Assembly (NCBI GenBank): GCA_051313645.2
Contig: JBNRSN020000011.1
Location: 45,880,001-45,944,000 of the forward strand
Origin: Centroscyllium fabricii
Taxonomy: Eukaryota
Direction: 5' to 3'
Length of the DNA stretch: 64,000 nucleotides
Numbering within the stretch: position 1 is the first letter of the stretch; each line of letters opens with the position of its first letter. The notes beneath the pieces are model-generated. The model searched no databases and was not told the origin of the DNA. It saw only the letters and a list, made by a program, of their open reading frames with translations. Shown here piece after piece: positions 59,656 through 64,000 of the stretch. The translations under genes and the position numbers were made by a program.

Positions 59656-61123
59656 GGGCCAGAAATTCCAGTCTGCCGGTTTGTGCGGGTGCAAGGACCA
59701 TGCGGACACCTATAGCACCGCATCATAATCGCACATTTTTTACAGCCAAAACTTCCTGTTGGCTCCGCCCCGTTCCTGGGCTGCGTGGCAGTCCAGCCAC
59801 GCTAGGAGCGCTGTATATGCGCTGCCGTCGTGCGTGTGTTGGAGTGATGCCCCGCCCACAGATCCCTAATTTAAATAAAAAGCACCCCCTGCTTCACAGT
59901 TGGACTTCGTAGGAAGCAGGGACGTGAGGCCTCGATTAGGACCACGCCCACTGCTGCACCCACAGACTTGGCAGTGAGCAACGGCAGCCAGGGCAGACTT
60001 TCAATGGAGGTAAGTCTCAGCGATTTCTTCTTCGTTTTTTAAATTAAGAAAATAGTTAAAAATTTCAGAACTTAAAATTTAAAAATAAGCGATTTGGAAT
60101 AGAAAGCAGTGTGTATAACAATTGAAATTCGGATTTTTAATTTTTTTTAAAAAACCTTAAAGGCCCTGTCACACCTAGACGTTTTAGCCAGCGTATGCAA
60201 ATTTGGCTAAAACGCTGAACTTTTGACTTTTTTTCAGTTTTGGGCGTAAATAGCGTATTCATAACGTATGCATAACGTATTAGTAACGTACACAGAACGT
60301 ATCGATAACTTACAGATAACTTATACCAACGAATGCTTAGCGTGTTGTCGGCGTTCGCAACTTATGCCCAACGATAGTCTAACGTATGCATAGTGCGCGG
60401 CAGCGTATCGCCGACGTTTTAGATAAATTTTGATATGTTGGCATACTAAATCGTCAAGCTATGACAGGGCATGACAGGGGCACAGGTAAGGTGTGTTCAA
60501 CGATCGCCTAACGTGCCTACAACGTATGGCCAGCGTATGCGGAACGTGTGAATCATACGCAGGATACGTCGAGATTTTTTGTGCATGCTCAAAAAATCTC
60601 GACTTACTCGAAGTACAACGACGTATGCAACGTATGCCCAGCGTATGCCAGCGTTCTCGTAACATATGCATAACGTACCCATAACGTTTCCGACGTAACC
60701 CAGCGTTTTAGCCAAATTTGCATACGCTGGCTAAAACGTCTAGGTGTGACAGGGCCTTAACAGCCAAATTAAATGATAGCGATCTGGCCACATTACTCTA
60801 AAAAATTGATAAAACTTAAAATTAAAGGTAAAAAAGTCAATTACCTTGTTTAAGAACGCACTGCTCACCAACGCACAGGTTACGACTCCTTTTTTCCCGT
60901 GCAGCTCAAAGGCCACTTGCCCACAGATTCACGCACTAATTTTCACCCTTTTCCATCGGAATTTTTGGGTGTAATTGACTCCTGCGTGCGATGCTGAGGG
61001 CCCTTCTCCCTCAGCATCAGAAAGCTCCGATCCATGCGCATGCCCCGTGCGATCGATTGCACGGGGACATTGGACCCCCTCCGTGCGGGTGCAACTGGTG
61101 CGAGGCACCCGAATTTCTGGCCC
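59656..61123. mobile_element. Non-autonomous TIR DNA transposon with a 3-bp ATT TSD (PIF/Harbinger-related)
   Basis: Perfect 13-bp TIR GGGCCAGAAATTC/GAATTTCTGGCCC. ATT at 59653-59655 and 61124-61126. Confidence 0.8.
60161..60757. mobile_element. PIF/Harbinger MITE, copy 1
   Basis: Perfect 57-bp TIR starting AGGCCCTGTCACAC, TSD TAA/TAA, interior rich in AACGTA. Confidence 0.9.
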
Positions 61124-63256
61124 ATTATGTTTTGTTGATGGGTGAGGGATAAATATTGGCCATGACAGCAGGGAGAACTCCCCTGCTCTCTTGTGAAATG
61201 GGTTAATTCACGTCCACCTGAGAGGGCAGATGGAGTCTCAGTTTACCGTCTCATCTGAAACGTAACTTTACTTTTGTAGTCCAATGTTCTGCTTACCAGT
61301 GTCTGACTTCCCCTAATAGAGCATGCAAGGTGCCATAGGAGGGAACATTTGAAATGCTTCTTGGCATCATCTAAACCAAAAACAAAAAGAGAATTTACTG
61401 GGTTGTAAAGAGGTGGAGGCTGAATAAAATGAGATATAACCTGGCATGGGTCTGTGGAGACTGGGATCTTTAACATTTGAGGTACACAGATATGTCTTCA
61501 GTTAAGTCACGTCATTAGTTCTTTATTTCTCTACTGAAAATATCCTGCAATCTTGGATCAAAATAATGTCTGGATGTGGTTTTCCCAGTATCCTCCCAAA
61601 ATCCAGTGATGCTAATGAAGCCTGACCTGGCGGCACTTGAAACTTTTTTTCCCCTTGTCTATATGTCTGCACATTATGTATGTTATACACGGCTGAATCT
61701 TGCCTTTAGCTGATGCTGACAATGTCAACCACTCTCATAAACCGACTTGGCAGAAATAAAACATTTGAAACCACCTCAGGATAACCGTTTGGGGCCGAGG
61801 GAACGAGCCCGAAGATTGACCTTGCCTGGTTTATGCAGGTGCTCTGGGAAATGTTGTCCTCCAACAGGTTGATCTCCAAAAATAACCTCAAATAGATTTC
61901 AGAATAAATCACTTTTGAATGTATTGAAGTCCTGGGGCCAAACTGAGGCAGAGCACTGTACAGCTGGGCGAACTTTCCATGTGTGTTTTTATATTGATTT
62001 CAGACTCCAATTACCAGAAAAACAAGTTTAACATTTATTATACAAGCCTTTCGAGATGGAACAAAACAGTTTGCTTTACAGATTTAGTTATGAAAATCTA
62101 ACTGTAGCTTATTGATTGGAGAACAACAATAAATTTGCTGGTGGTGTTTGTTACTTGACCATTACCTCAGTCAGATAATAGTACTGGTGCTAAACAGAGC
62201 AACAGCAGCTCCAGGACCTTTGACCTCCTGGTTCAGGAGGTTAACGACATTTCATAGCTGTTGGATATTAAAATACTACATTCAGAATGTTGTTATACAT
62301 TTGGCTAATTTCCTTCCCATCCCAACCTCCACCTCCTCTGTTGCCTCTCCTGATTCCGTTCATGATGGCTACTTCAAGGTGCATAAGAGCAATTTGAATT
62401 ACTCATCTTTGCTTCTGTTTTTTTCTTCTTTGCTTGGAGTTCCTTTACATTGCCCATCCTCACCAAGCACCAAATGTGCTGAGTTACATTGATCATCAAC
62501 ATCCTAGCAAGAAAACCTCCAACTGAAATGTCACCACCTACGTCAACTGTTATTGGGAGGGAATGATGCAGTGACAGTTGCATAATAAGGCTGGTTACAG
62601 GAAAATTGAGTGGCAGTTGTTGCTGGTCACAGCAGGGAATAAAATTAAATAATTTACCATGCCATCACACTTATGTCACAGAGCTTTATACAGGGATCAA
62701 GTGGTTTTTTCTTCCTCTCTGCCTCTAATATTGACTGAAGGTTGAACAATGGTGACAGCTGGGGAAATAAATGCGTGGAAAATTCCATAAACAATCATAA
62801 ATTTTCAATCTTAAATTGCATGGATGACTCGGTGGGGGAGTTCAGAAAAGGATGTTGGCTTCGAGAAATGGGAGCATTTTGTCAGCAGTCATGTGTGCAA
62901 GAGCCATGTTTGTAAATAGAAAATGACAGGGATTAAAACCAATAGCTCATAATAAATGGGTTGGAGTGATGAATGAGTGACTGGTAACCTGAACTGATCT
63001 CAGTTAAAATGTCTCACTTGACCAATTTATCCACTGTCACACGTTCCTGCTTCCCCCCCGCCCTCACCCTCCAACCCCTACACCAAGCTACATGACCTAA
63101 ATGCTTAAATAGAGCCTGGTGCTAAAATAGCGCAAATGTATGGGTACATTAGTTTGAACATTTCTATCCTTAATATCGATGCTTGATTGGTTTAAAGTGG
63201 CAAGATCTTTATTGTAAATAAAGACGTGGCTCGTAAACATCTCCATCGACTGCTTA

Positions 63257-63860
63257 AGGCCCTGTCACACCTAGACGTTTTAGCTAGCGTATGCAAATTT
63301 GGCTAAAACGCTGAACTTTTGACCTTTTTTTTCAGTTTTGGGCGTATAATAGCGTATTCATAACGTATTGGACGTATGCATAACGTATTAGTAACGTACA
63401 CAGAGCGTATCAATAACTTACAGATAACTTATACCAACGAATGCTTAGCGTTCACAACTTATGCCCAACGATAGTCTAACGTATGCATAGCGCGCGGCAG
63501 CGTATCGCTGACGTTTTAGATAAATTTTGATAAATTGGAAAACGCTAGCTTAAATCGTCAAGGTGTGACAGGGCATGACAGGGGCAAGGTAATGTGTGTT
63601 CAACGATCGCCTAACGTGCCTACAACGTATGGCCAGCGTATGCGGAACGTATAAATCGTAACATTGATACGTCGTGATTTTTTGTGCATGCACAAAAAAT
63701 CTCGACTTACTCGAAGTACAACGACGTATACAACGTATGTCCAGCGTATGGCAACGTGCTCTTAACGTATGCATAACGTACCCATAACGTATCCGACGTA
63801 AACCAGCGTTTTAGCCAAATTTGCATACGCTGGCTAAATCGTCTAGGTGTGACAGGGCCT
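63257..63860. mobile_element. PIF/Harbinger MITE, copy 2
   Basis: Near-identical TIRs, TSD TTA/TTA, colinear with copy 1. Confidence 0.9.
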
Positions 63861-64000
63861 TTAAAGACGATGGAAACAATTAGTATTGATGCATTCAAAT
63901 GCAAAATTGATAAATTTGTTTCAGAAAATAACATTTTTGGAGACAGTATATGAGAAATTTGAGACGTGACGTGTGATAAGTGTAGCATTCTCGGGAAGAT

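Larger units (their letters stand above)
59575..61260 (-). mobile_element. DeuSINE split by a TIR element (pieces 59575-59655 and 61124-61260)
   Basis: ...GATAACCAGATATT|ATGTTTTGTTGATGGGTGAGGGATAAATATTGGCCA rejoins across the insertion. Confidence 0.7.

Noticed and set aside
60158-60760. piggyBac or Kolobok classification from the flanking TTAA
   Set aside because: With symmetric termini AGGCCC...GGGCCT the duplications are 3 bp (TAA in copy 1, TTA in copy 2), which fits PIF/Harbinger.

Overview
Repeat-dense, apparently non-genic (intergenic or intronic) DNA from a vertebrate, almost certainly a shark or ray: it carries HE1-type V-SINEs, SacSINE1-like DeuSINEs and abundant CR1 LINEs. I recognise no host protein-coding gene. 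Most of the window is transposable elements, often nested 2-4 deep. There are three Mag-type Ty3/Gypsy LTR retrotransposons: one intact (identical 208-bp LTRs, uninterrupted gag-pol ORF) and two decayed ones inserted about 315 bp apart in the same CR1. Also present are three solo LTRs with 5-bp target-site duplications (TSDs), CR1, Rex1, L2 and RTE LINE fragments, and Penelope-like elements carrying minimal hammerhead-ribozyme motifs. DNA transposons include a Tigger/pogo derivative, a hAT element, two copies of a PIF/Harbinger MITE and a TIR element with an ATT TSD. The most notable items are a 166-bp TSD-bounded hairpin whose loop is a hammerhead ribozyme, a shared 8-residue insertion in the RT fingers loop of two Gypsy elements, and a CCAAT-box array that differs between the two LTRs of one provirus. 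I see no evidence of a wholly new multi-gene system. Family names come from recalled motifs, not database searches.
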